Below are positions 26,663 through 35,456 of a DNA stretch of 64,000 nucleotides, one piece after another (the stretch's first letter is position 1; each line of letters opens with the position of its first letter). This DNA comes from a virus. Taxonomy: Duplodnaviria; Caudoviricetes. The stretch covers positions 1 to 64,000 of the IMG/VR virus record IMGVR_UViG_3300013713_000001, one strand, 5' to 3'. Position numbers and translations under genes: made by a program. The notes under the pieces are model-generated. The model made no database searches and was not told where the DNA came from. It saw nothing but the letters and a program-made list of their open reading frames with translations.

Positions 26663-29512
26663 ATGTTTAACGTGTTTTCAGTGTCAATCAAAGACCTGGG
26701 AGAAATGGTTCAAATCTTGGGGGTGTCCTACTATGATTTGAGCAAAGATATTGACAAGTACGTCAATACTTCCCTTATTACCAAGCACCAGGTTAAGCGG
26801 GAAACCTGGGACACGGTGAAACTCGAGAAGTTCTACCTGCTCGAGTTGAGACATATCTTGATCGCACTCTTGAAGATCAAGAACCTGCGCAGCAACCGCC
26901 GTAAGCTCAATGAGCTGAAAGAAAAGATCGAGGAAGAAACCTGGGTAAAAGACACCATCAACATGTCGGGACGACCTTTCGACATGAAGCGGATGAACGC
27001 CTTTAACACCAAGCCATTCCCAAAGCAACAAGAGTTCCTTGAGCAATACCCGATCATTACTCACAGCTACCACTTGAAAGGTCTTCTGCTTGACGCCAAG
27101 GCGGGCAGTGGTAAGGCCATGCCACTGGGTACCCAGGTAAAGGTACCAAATGGCTGGAAGCGATTGGGGGATCTCACCGAAGGCGACGAGGTCATCACGC
27201 CTAACGGTAGAATAGCGAATATAGTAGGAATCTACCCACAAGGGGTAACCGACGTCTATCGCTTTACTTTTGAAGATGGACGGGTTGCTGATTCTCACCC
27301 AGAACACCTCTGGGAAGTTACGGAGACACAACATACCCACAGTATTGGTGGAATGGTAACTACCACTCAAGACATTATTAACCACTTTGACGAGTTTAAA
27401 TACTCTGTTCCTTTGGTTAATCAATTGGACACTACTAAGCAGATCCTTAAATATTCAATAATAGAGGGTATGGCACGGGCCTTGCTTGAAGGTGGACACA
27501 AGATAGACCCTTCAGTGTTAGAACTCTGCTACAAAAACCGCTTCGACTTGGTCAAGGAAATGATCAAGACAGCCGCATTGAAAGTGGGTGAAACTTCACT
27601 GTCCTTCTTTAGCGAAACAGAAGCAGGCGCAGAGAACTTCAGACAGTTGCTTTGGAGCCTCGGAGGGATCGCTCACGCGCCGATCTCTCATCCAGGGGCA
27701 TACGAGGTAGTCTTTAAACATCGCGACGCAGACGTGCTTGCGGACGCTATGGCGGGTATGTCTGAAGCCCTGTATGAGCTCATGAACCCTCGTCAGTACA
27801 AAGACATGCAGCTGGGAATCACCAGCTACGAGAAACGACCGTCTGAAGAGACCTTGTGTATTTCGATTGACAGTGCGGATTCCCTCTACATTGTCGACGA
27901 CTATGTGGTGACCCACAACACCTTTACGTCGATTGCCTGGAGTCACCTGATCAACGACGGCCCTACCGTTGTCTTGTGCCCTATGAGCATTGTTGATCAG
28001 GTGTGGGTCAAGGAGCTCGGGAAACACTTCAAGTCGCCCCCTCGTATCTGGACAAGTCTTCAGGGAACCCTTCCCACCGAAGGTTACGATTACTACATCG
28101 TCCATTACGACTACATGACATCAGGCGCGGGTCCTCACCTCCAGCGGTTCTTGAAAGAGTTGAACCGTAAGAGTAAAGAGAAGCTGAAGATCATTATCGA
28201 TGAGTGTCACAACTTTAACGACCAGAAGGCTGCTCGAACGCGCAAGTTGATCGAGTGGGCAGACGAGGATTGCTTCGACTATTACCTGCCGATGTCAGGG
28301 ACTGTTCTTAAAGCTATGGGAAGTGAGGTCTACCCTGTCCTGTGTCTCATCGACAAGTTCTTTAGCGGAAAGGTTCGGATCAGCTTTATGGCGTCTTATG
28401 GACGTAACCGTCCAGCCATGACCGAATTGCTTTCCATGCGCATCGGTCGTAGCAAGTTTACCATTCCTGATCTGGTCGGTATCCCTGAAGCTCCGCCCAT
28501 TGAACTGGTTAACGTCAAGATCCCGAACGGTGACCAGTACACACTTGATGCGATCCGCTTGCAGATGCAGATCTACATCAGTGAACGGATTGACTTCTAC
28601 AACAAGAACATGCCGGAGTTCCTGGCGTTTTACAACGACGTGATCTTGTCGTACGAGCAGTCGACCCGCAAAGACCCACGAGCAACGGCGGACCTCCTGA
28701 AATACAAGGAGATCGTCCACCGGTTCAGAACGCGGGGTTACAGTACCTTTACCGATGCAGCTGACTCCATGTTCTGCAAGCAGGTGGAGGAACGGATCGA
28801 AGCGGATCTCCGCGGCGAAGCCCTGAAGCAGTTCCGCAACGTCAAGTCAGCGATCAAGTACCTCGGTCTGAAACTCCGCGGTGAAGCCCTTGGTAATGTC
28901 CTTGGTCGTGCTCGTATCAATGCAGTCAAAGACGTGATTGAGCATGCCGGTATTCCCGAGATGATCAACAACGTGGAGAAGAAGACCCTTATCTTTACCT
29001 CTTACGTTGAGTCCATGGCCTTGTGCAATGACTACCTCATTCGGGAGGGGTTCCAGCCGATTACCGTCTATGGTGAAAATTCTAAGGAGAGAGATGGTAA
29101 CATCGACCGTTTCCGTGATGACCCCAAAGTCAACCCGCTGGTCGCGGTAACCCAGTCGTTGAAAGAGGGTTATCCGTTGGTCATGGCTAACCTCACGATC
29201 CTGCTGGACTCCCCGTACCGTGAGTACGAAGTCAAACAGCTGGTGGCCCGTACTGTTCGAGTAGGTCAAGACTCCCCGTGCTATTTCAAGTTGCTTAATC
29301 TTGACACCGGGGAGAAGCTTAATATCACCACCCGCAGTATCAACATCATGGAGTGGTCCAGAGAACAGGTTGATGCATTGCTGACCAAAGAGAACACCCA
29401 CAACATCTTTGGGGATATCGCTGGTCAAGAGATGTACGACATGAGCCTTGAAGACTACACCCTTCCTATTAAACCTCGTGTCTCCCCTGGGGCACTTTCG
29501 ATCTTTCTTTAA
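26663..29512 (+). CDS. SNF2-family (DECH) helicase interrupted by an intein
   Basis: Walker A DAKAGSGK|T split by the intein; IIDECHN; MSGT; C-terminal QLVARTVRVGQ. Confidence 0.9.
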   Translation: MFNVFSVSIKDLGEMVQILGVSYYDLSKDIDKYVNTSLITKHQVKRETWDTVKLEKFYLLELRHILIALLKIKNLRSNRRKLNELKEKIEEETWVKDTINMSGRPFDMKRMNAFNTKPFPKQQEFLEQYPIITHSYHLKGLLLDAKAGSGKAMPLGTQVKVPNGWKRLGDLTEGDEVITPNGRIANIVGIYPQGVTDVYRFTFEDGRVADSHPEHLWEVTETQHTHSIGGMVTTTQDIINHFDEFKYSVPLVNQLDTTKQILKYSIIEGMARALLEGGHKIDPSVLELCYKNRFDLVKEMIKTAALKVGETSLSFFSETEAGAENFRQLLWSLGGIAHAPISHPGAYEVVFKHRDADVLADAMAGMSEALYELMNPRQYKDMQLGITSYEKRPSEETLCISIDSADSLYIVDDYVVTHNTFTSIAWSHLINDGPTVVLCPMSIVDQVWVKELGKHFKSPPRIWTSLQGTLPTEGYDYYIVHYDYMTSGAGPHLQRFLKELNRKSKEKLKIIIDECHNFNDQKAARTRKLIEWADEDCFDYYLPMSGTVLKAMGSEVYPVLCLIDKFFSGKVRISFMASYGRNRPAMTELLSMRIGRSKFTIPDLVGIPEAPPIELVNVKIPNGDQYTLDAIRLQMQIYISERIDFYNKNMPEFLAFYNDVILSYEQSTRKDPRATADLLKYKEIVHRFRTRGYSTFTDAADSMFCKQVEERIEADLRGEALKQFRNVKSAIKYLGLKLRGEALGNVLGRARINAVKDVIEHAGIPEMINNVEKKTLIFTSYVESMALCNDYLIREGFQPITVYGENSKERDGNIDRFRDDPKVNPLVAVTQSLKEGYPLVMANLTILLDSPYREYEVKQLVARTVRVGQDSPCYFKLLNLDTGEKLNITTRSINIMEWSREQVDALLTKENTHNIFGDIAGQEMYDMSLEDYTLPIKPRVSPGALSIFL
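27116..27919 (+). mobile_element. Class 3 intein (268 aa) with a degenerate LAGLIDADG remnant, in the helicase P-loop
   Basis: Starts AMPLGTQVKVPNGWKRLGDL..GDEV; block B SHPEHLWEV; block F TLCISID; ends VVTHN followed by Thr. Removing it restores GSGKT. Confidence 0.9.
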
Positions 29513-29521
29513 GGACACAAC

Positions 29522-30508
29522 ATGGAATACGTAGAAGAGTTGGAATCGGTACCGGAACCCGAACACGTTGAGCAAGTCATGGACGGTCTCCTCGACACTG
29601 TATCAGGAACCGAAGGGTTTACCAAGGCCCAGTACTACCTCGAAGGTGTTCTCTACTCCAACGGGATGATCCGTCACCGTGACGTAGGTGGTACCGAGGG
29701 CATCCTCTCGAAAGTCGGCGATGGTGTCAAAGCAGCTATCGAATACGTGAAGAAGATGTTCCGTTCTATCTGGGACTTCTTCTTCAAGAGTGAGAAGAAA
29801 CAGATCGAGGAAAACCTCGGCAAAGAGCTCACCACCGCCTTCAATAGCCTCGAGAAGACGAAGAACCCAATTGTCACTCCAGCTAACGTTAATGCGGCGC
29901 TGGACAAGGTAGAGGTAAAAGTCAATAAGTTGAAGGATGGTCCGGAAAAGACCAAGTTGAAGGAAAAGGTAAAGGAGGCCAAGGAAAGCAAGGATGAGGG
30001 CTTCAAGATCAAGATCGTCGAAGTCATGCCAGGTGAAATTTTCCAAGCTTACAAGGTTCCGGACATTATCAGTGAGGTCTACCAGGCGAAATTCAATGTT
30101 GCCCTCGAAGGTCTCCAAGCACTCCAGGACCAGCATAAGGATGAGGGTAAGCAACACGTGATCATCGTGGAAACCCAAAAGATCCTCAACGCAGGTAAGG
30201 CACTGCCGAAGGATGCTAATCGGGTAAGTACCATTGAAGGCGCGGCGTCTTACCTTAAGGAAGCAAAGAAGTGCGCCGACGAGATATGCCGATCCCTAGA
30301 TAACCTCCAACGGACGGAGTCTGAATTCAAGACACAGATCAAGAACCTGGACAACGCTAAGAGTGACGAAGAAACCAGGAAGTCGGTCGGCGCCATGAAG
30401 ACCTCCCTCATGGGGATCAGTACACTCATTCATGAGACAAAGGTACTGCTCCGTTATCTGGAGTCCGTTGCTAAAAACATCAACAAAGGCTGCACCATGG
30501 TCGTCTGA
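29522..30508 (+). CDS. Probable internal head / ejection protein
   Basis: 328 aa; acidic leader with two G-T-E motifs, then an amphipathic AIEYVKKMFRSIWDFF helix typical of phiKZ inner-head families. Confidence 0.6.
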   Translation: MEYVEELESVPEPEHVEQVMDGLLDTVSGTEGFTKAQYYLEGVLYSNGMIRHRDVGGTEGILSKVGDGVKAAIEYVKKMFRSIWDFFFKSEKKQIEENLGKELTTAFNSLEKTKNPIVTPANVNAALDKVEVKVNKLKDGPEKTKLKEKVKEAKESKDEGFKIKIVEVMPGEIFQAYKVPDIISEVYQAKFNVALEGLQALQDQHKDEGKQHVIIVETQKILNAGKALPKDANRVSTIEGAASYLKEAKKCADEICRSLDNLQRTESEFKTQIKNLDNAKSDEETRKSVGAMKTSLMGISTLIHETKVLLRYLESVAKNINKGCTMVV

Positions 30509-30513
30509 CGTCA

Positions 30514-30555
30514 TAGCTAACCCTACCCAGCCTCCAGGGCTGGGTAGGGTTATGT
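30514..30555. terminator. Bidirectional hairpin; near-identical copy at 52071
   Basis: TAGCTAACCCTACCCAGCC-TCCAG-GGCTGGGTAGGGTTATGT. Confidence 0.85.
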
Positions 30556-30566
30556 CTGCAAGGGTG

Positions 30567-31082
30567 TTATCGCCAGAAGAGTGACTTCACAGCCAGCAGG
30601 AAGCGTCTCAGCTTACCGCCAGGTTTACGTCGTTTGTGATGCACGGGTTCCAGTTTGACCTCAGGAAGCGGTGTTGACTTTATCTCGTTACCTTGAACCA
30701 CATTACCTCGAATCGCCTCCTTCTCGCCATTGCACCAACGCTCGGCGGTGTTCCCGTAAATGGTATCCATCAACAGAGCAACCTTCAACGTAGTGCGAGC
30801 AGAGAGCCGTGCTGCCAGAGAGGAAGCGTCGGTAGACTTGATCGCGTAGACCTTTAACTGCAACTTACTCGAATGCGGAACTTTGATATAATGATTCGTG
30901 TAAAAATAGTCAGGAACTTTTTGCTTAGCTAACCCGGCACCAAGAAGAAGTAAAGTTTCCTTTGGTGCTAAACAACGAATACCCGCTACAATCCCCACTT
31001 CCAAAACCCCGTAGTTGACCATCGCTCCAGTATGGTCGAGACGCTTAATAGGTTTTGGTTTATACGCTTTATTCCCTTTCAT
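30567..31082 (-). CDS. Hypothetical basic protein
   Basis: 171 aa, AT-richer than its neighbours, with a hairpin on each side. Confidence 0.55.
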   Translation of the reverse strand: MKGNKAYKPKPIKRLDHTGAMVNYGVLEVGIVAGIRCLAPKETLLLLGAGLAKQKVPDYFYTNHYIKVPHSSKLQLKVYAIKSTDASSLAARLSARTTLKVALLMDTIYGNTAERWCNGEKEAIRGNVVQGNEIKSTPLPEVKLEPVHHKRRKPGGKLRRFLLAVKSLFWR

Positions 31083-31150
31083 TCTGAATCCTAATAGTTT
31101 TTTGTTCCGACTATTAAGATGGAAAAGATGATGAAAAAATAAACAGTTAA

Positions 31151-31180
31151 GCCCTACCTACCCGCAAGGGTAGGTAGGGT
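31151..31180 (-). terminator. Intrinsic terminator (CCCTAC family)
   Basis: GCCCTACCTACCC-GCAA-GGGTAGGTAGGGT, with an A-rich run to its left. Confidence 0.8.
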
Positions 31181-31193
31181 AACCGGTAAGAGG

Positions 31194-31457
31194 TTAGGCG
31201 GCTTGGTCGGCATCCATCGCATCGAAGTAGAACTGGAAGTCTTCGTCCAGCGCTTCTTGTTGCTGGTTGATTTCAGCCAGCGCTTGTTCTGCCACGGTCC
31301 ACTTGGAATGCGCCTTAGCGTAGTCCTCGTCGGTTCCCAGGGCAGACGCCATTTGCACATCCAGGATCAAGCCATCGATCTGGATCAGTAGAGCAGCCTC
31401 TTTGGTGGCCAGCTCATTGTGGATGGTAGAGCACTCTGCAAAGGAACGACGGGTCAT
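31194..31457 (-). CDS. Small acidic helical early protein
   Basis: ATG 31457 after GAGGAG; about 87 aa. Confidence 0.65.
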   Translation of the reverse strand: MTRRSFAECSTIHNELATKEAALLIQIDGLILDVQMASALGTDEDYAKAHSKWTVAEQALAEINQQQEALDEDFQFYFDAMDADQAA

Positions 31458-31484
31458 GGCAAAACTCCTCAATAGGTAAAGGTA

Positions 31485-32294
31485 TTACAACTTGTTAACA
31501 ACGACGGGGTTGGAGAGATCCACGTCGGTTCGGACAGTGGCCTCTACCCCAGGCTCGGTCGCTTTCTTGGCAAGCAGTTCACGGTAGTAGGCTTCCTGGA
31601 TTTCATCTTCATCGCCTGGAAGGAAGTCCACGTTCAGGGAGTGCGGGCGAGTGATCCCCCGGACCCGGCTGTTGGCTTCTTCTGGAGACATCCCGCCATC
31701 AATCAGACGCTGAACGGTTTCCAGCTGCTTTTCAGTCAGAGGCGGTGGGAGAGGCTGACCGTCGAGTTCCCAACCAGCGTCCTTTCTTTCGAGCATTACC
31801 TTTCCAGGAGTTCCTGGAGCAGCAATGATCTCCTTGATAACGGGATTCCGAGGTTCTTCACCGACGTGGTCTACAGCTTCTTCGACCGTGGTCCCGTTGG
31901 CTTTCATGCGTTCCTCCCACTCGTCCAGCGAGAGGGTAACAACGGTGATTGGGACCGGGTGCAGCCCCATCGGGTTCTCCAGGGTACCGCACGAGAAGGG
32001 GTTGTTGATCTGCTTCTCGTTGTAGTCGTTGATGCAGTCCCAGACATCCTTGAAGTTCACTGGGAACAGAACACCGCCCACCGACTCAGTCGACAGGTGA
32101 ACCTTGCCGTCTTTCAGGTACAGGCGGTTGAGGCTGAAGAAATCAGCGTCATGCAGACCGACCGCGTGGATCTTGTCCCCAGCCACGAGTGCGGCACAGC
32201 CCATCAGCTTCGACTCGTAACCGCCGTTGTGGTCATCCCAGATCACGCCGTTGCTTTCGATCAGGGCTTTCTCGATTTCTTTGTAACGATTCAT
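31485..32294 (-). CDS. Hypothetical early protein
   Basis: 269 aa; GGAGA Shine-Dalgarno. Confidence 0.7.
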   Translation of the reverse strand: MNRYKEIEKALIESNGVIWDDHNGGYESKLMGCAALVAGDKIHAVGLHDADFFSLNRLYLKDGKVHLSTESVGGVLFPVNFKDVWDCINDYNEKQINNPFSCGTLENPMGLHPVPITVVTLSLDEWEERMKANGTTVEEAVDHVGEEPRNPVIKEIIAAPGTPGKVMLERKDAGWELDGQPLPPPLTEKQLETVQRLIDGGMSPEEANSRVRGITRPHSLNVDFLPGDEDEIQEAYYRELLAKKATEPGVEATVRTDVDLSNPVVVNKL

Positions 32295-32340
32295 AGTTCA
32301 TCTCCAGAACAAATGTAAGTAGGTAACTTAGCGAGCCGCC

Positions 32341-32682
32341 TTAGTCAGTAAGGTCGTTCATCTCGTCGGAAAGGGTGTAGTCATGCGGGCCGTTGTCTTC
32401 ACGTCCCTTAAGGATGATCCCCCGGGATTGGAGGGGAGTCGGGTCAACTTTGTTTCGCTTGACCCCCGCGTTGGTCAACCCGGCGTCTTTCAGGTAGCGA
32501 CCCCACTCTTGGTGACTACGCTTAGCCAGGTCCTCAGCAGCAGCGAGCCCGTGCAGGTTCAAGACCCGTACGTAGCCGTTACCGCCGACGCAGTTGTCGA
32601 TGTACCGTTCACGCTTCAACGGGAACTGTGCGCGCATTCGTTCGATCGCTTCTTCCCGCTTCTGTTGCTTGCTCTTGGCCAT
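32341..32682 (-). CDS. Hypothetical early protein
   Basis: 113 aa; AAGGAG Shine-Dalgarno. Confidence 0.65.
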   Translation of the reverse strand: MAKSKQQKREEAIERMRAQFPLKRERYIDNCVGGNGYVRVLNLHGLAAAEDLAKRSHQEWGRYLKDAGLTNAGVKRNKVDPTPLQSRGIILKGREDNGPHDYTLSDEMNDLTD

Positions 32683-32708
32683 CGAAAAACTCCTTATAAA
32701 TCAATGAC

Positions 32709-33035
32709 TTAGCGCGACATCGCCGCGTTTACCAGAGGACTCGACCAACTGTGGTCCTCAGACATGAGTTTGAGCAGCGACGGACTCGCCTTTACCAGCG
32801 GGTTCATGCGCATCTCGAAACGCCCGCCCTTGTGGATGTGCAGGGTCCCGAGTTGGAAGCCAAGGTCAATGCTGGCAAACTCGATGAAGTCGCCTTCGTT
32901 GCAGTAGGTAATGGCCAGCTGCAACATACGGGGCATCGCGGTGTCGAAGTAGCTGTAACGACGAACCATGATGACTTTCTTGCTTTGGCCGCGGGTCATG
33001 GTGGCGATGACGCGGCGCTGTACGAATTCACTCAT
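32709..33035 (-). CDS. Hypothetical early protein
   Basis: ATG 33035 (MSEFVQRR); strongly biased codons. Confidence 0.65.
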   Translation of the reverse strand: MSEFVQRRVIATMTRGQSKKVIMVRRYSYFDTAMPRMLQLAITYCNEGDFIEFASIDLGFQLGTLHIHKGGRFEMRMNPLVKASPSLLKLMSEDHSWSSPLVNAAMSR

Positions 33036-33088
33036 TTGAAATACCCTAATAGACAAGACGCTAAGCGCCAAAATGTGGGACAGTACGG

Positions 33089-33292
33089 TTAGTTCATCCA
33101 GGGGTGTACGCTTTTAGAGGCGCAGGTCGGATGACGGTGGTAGTAGGACTTCAGCTGGACATCAGCTTGCTTGCTAACCTTGGCACTAGCTTGAATGTCA
33201 CCTTGCATTGCCAGTTGACCTGCCTTAGCAAACAGGCTATCAATCTGAGCGAGTTCACGGGAACGTTGCAACGCTGCTTGTACATTCTGCAT
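33089..33292 (-). CDS. Small hypothetical early protein
   Basis: 67 aa; GGAGAG upstream. Confidence 0.5.
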   Translation of the reverse strand: MQNVQAALQRSRELAQIDSLFAKAGQLAMQGDIQASAKVSKQADVQLKSYYHRHPTCASKSVHPWMN

Positions 33293-33342
33293 TTCTTATC
33301 TCTCCATGACGGTTTACATGAAACGGTACTGCTAACAACCAA

Positions 33343-33630
33343 CTACTGCTTAATACGACTTACAACAAAGATTTCGAGCCCATCCGGATCAGTAGCGGAA
33401 ACAATCTCGTACCCCCGGGCATTGGCGTAACGGTGAGCCTGCATACGGAGGTCCAGACCCTTGAGAACAGCCCGCTCACGCGCCTGCACCGTTCCGAGAG
33501 TCCTTACCGAACTGTCGGCTTTATACGCCTCACTCAAGAGCCGCTTGATTTCCGCGATAACGACCGCATCATCGGTCTTGGCTGTTGGCAGCTGCTTACG
33601 CCAATCCGCCATGTTGACGACTTTACCCAT
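33343..33630 (-). CDS. Small hypothetical early protein
   Basis: 95 aa; AGGAGG Shine-Dalgarno. Confidence 0.65.
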   Translation of the reverse strand: MGKVVNMADWRKQLPTAKTDDAVVIAEIKRLLSEAYKADSSVRTLGTVQARERAVLKGLDLRMQAHRYANARGYEIVSATDPDGLEIFVVSRIKQ

Positions 33631-33641
33631 TGCTTTACCTC

Positions 33642-33974
33642 CTAGTGAACAGTTACGGTTTTGAAATAATTACCCGGCCAGGTGCGCTTAGTGCGCTTGC
33701 TGCGTTCTCGCAAAATGCTCAACAAGCGCTCACCGTAGATACGTGAAGAAGGACGACTGTATTTGTGCAGCTGCTTGATGTAATGACGCTGTTGATAGAC
33801 AAGAGCAAACACCTTTTCAAACTGACCAAAGACCTCATAGGCCAGGGGGTGCGAAAGGGCGATCCTCCCTGTTCGGTAATTGGCGAAATCAAGTGCCGCC
33901 AGGTCGATGGAGACCAGAGGACGACCATTCAGCGCAAGGGACGCTAACTGCAACAAGCGTTTATGCTTTTTCAT
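33642..33974 (-). CDS. Small basic hypothetical early protein
   Basis: 110 aa; AAGGAG Shine-Dalgarno. Confidence 0.6.
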   Translation of the reverse strand: MKKHKRLLQLASLALNGRPLVSIDLAALDFANYRTGRIALSHPLAYEVFGQFEKVFALVYQQRHYIKQLHKYSRPSSRIYGERLLSILRERSKRTKRTWPGNYFKTVTVH

Positions 33975-33983
33975 GGTTACTCC

Positions 33984-34445
33984 TTACTGCAGGGTTGGAG
34001 AGCCAGGGTGGGTAGGTCGCGGGAGCACTTTCCTAGGCTCCCGGGGAATGGGCTTGCCGGTAAGAGAAAGCTCAGCTGGAATGAATGCCGTTACCCGTTC
34101 ATCCCCTTGAGCACGCTCCCAAGGGAAGCCAGACTTCGGGATGGCGTACGAAAGAATGGCCATAAGGTCCTTCGCACTGTTCGCCGGTTGGTTGAGCTGG
34201 TATTCGAAAAAGAACGCCACCGGATCCCAGCTAAATTCCGTACATTTATCTTTGATCTGGTGACGACACTTGAACACCATCTCCAAGACCATTTCAAACA
34301 TGGCGGGACCACCACTGAAGATGGTCGCATACTCACCCCCTTCCTTGCGGTGGTACAGCCATTCCCCCAAGTGCTCGGGTGGTATCTCGTGGTTATCGAA
34401 ATAATCGAGAACCAGTTGCGCAAATAGAACACAACGCTTAGCCAT
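33984..34445 (-). CDS. Hypothetical early protein
   Basis: Start probably ATG 34445, overlapping the upstream stop. Confidence 0.6.
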   Translation of the reverse strand: MAKRCVLFAQLVLDYFDNHEIPPEHLGEWLYHRKEGGEYATIFSGGPAMFEMVLEMVFKCRHQIKDKCTEFSWDPVAFFFEYQLNQPANSAKDLMAILSYAIPKSGFPWERAQGDERVTAFIPAELSLTGKPIPREPRKVLPRPTHPGSPTLQ

Positions 34446-34671
34446 TGAGCACATCCTTCTTAACCGTTACGGGGGCGATCGTATCAAGCTTCGCGATACG
34501 GGCCTGGAGCATTGCAGCCTTGCTTTTCATCGTCTTGCTTTCATCTCGTAGCCAACGGCGTTCGTTAGGACAGGACGAGAAAGTAGCAGTACGCGCAAGC
34601 TTCGCGGCTTCCCGCAGTAGGGCATTGATACGCACGGACATCATGTTCTTTAATTTCTCGGAGCTATCCAT
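34438..34671 (-). CDS. First gene of an early operon; small helical protein
   Basis: 77 aa, 49 nt downstream of the TATATTAC promoter. Confidence 0.55.
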   Translation of the reverse strand: MDSSEKLKNMMSVRINALLREAAKLARTATFSSCPNERRWLRDESKTMKSKAAMLQARIAKLDTIAPVTVKKDVLNG

Positions 34672-34719
34672 AGGGCCGCCATTATTGGAAATTGATGATA
34701 AGGTTTACTAATCAAAGTG

Positions 34720-34736
34720 GTAATATAGGTTTAAAA
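34720..34736 (-). promoter_or_regulatory. Early promoter TTTTAAACCTATATTAC
   Basis: Plus strand GTAATATAGGTTTAAAA; heads the 34671-31194 operon. Confidence 0.8.
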
Positions 34737-34859
34737 TGGCCTACAACTTAAATCTAACTAGCACTTTGCTCAGGTAGTAAATAGATTATCCAGTACTATT
34801 TTATTTTAGCAATTTTATGGTCTACCGCTACCCAACCCCTTACCACGGATACCTTCCTC

Positions 34860-35441
34860 ATGGCATTTCCAAATGACGAGTTATTCCTGGAGCGTTTCAT
34901 CGCGTACAACATACGGCGGTATAGCTCCGACCCCGAGTTTGTAGCAAAGCTGCAGACATTAACCCTTACCAACACCACCTTTTTCAACTTCCGTAAAGTC
35001 CAGCTGGCCACTGGCGGCGTAGCCCACTATGTTGATGTCAACTCTCCCGGTATCCTGGAAGGTATTGACCAACAGTACCTCCCGGCGGACTACACAAAGC
35101 ACGGGCCCTCTGAGATAGAGGACGAAGTGCCCTTCCTCAAGGAAGACCTGGAAGTCAAAACCGTTCAAGGGGTTTACTTCCTTGGCACGAGTAAAGAGGA
35201 CTCAGTTGGCGCAGTGGTCATGCTTAATGGTCATGTCAACGCTGCTGAGTTGAAAGCCCTGGTCAAAGAGAAGTGCCTCTTTGTATTGCAGGATAACGAG
35301 ATCGTCGTCAGCAATGACATGACGTATGTCACCATTGATTCACGCACCATCAACGGTGTTTTGAAAGTGGTTGAATCTCTGTACGACGGGGTCCCTCGTT
35401 ATAACGGGGTCTTCCGACACGACGGGACCATCACCTACTAA
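34860..35441 (+). CDS. Probable fibre-attachment / tail protein; paralog of 63152..63760
   Basis: 193 aa; first gene of the fibre island; C-terminal YDG..RYNG..RHDG..TY tail-protein motif. Confidence 0.6.
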   Translation: MAFPNDELFLERFIAYNIRRYSSDPEFVAKLQTLTLTNTTFFNFRKVQLATGGVAHYVDVNSPGILEGIDQQYLPADYTKHGPSEIEDEVPFLKEDLEVKTVQGVYFLGTSKEDSVGAVVMLNGHVNAAELKALVKEKCLFVLQDNEIVVSNDMTYVTIDSRTINGVLKVVESLYDGVPRYNGVFRHDGTITY

Positions 35442-35456
35442 GGAAAGGTACCAGTA

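Noticed and set aside
27300-27800. Active homing endonuclease in the intein
   Set aside because: The central region is short and lacks recognisable LAGLIDADG catalytic helices.
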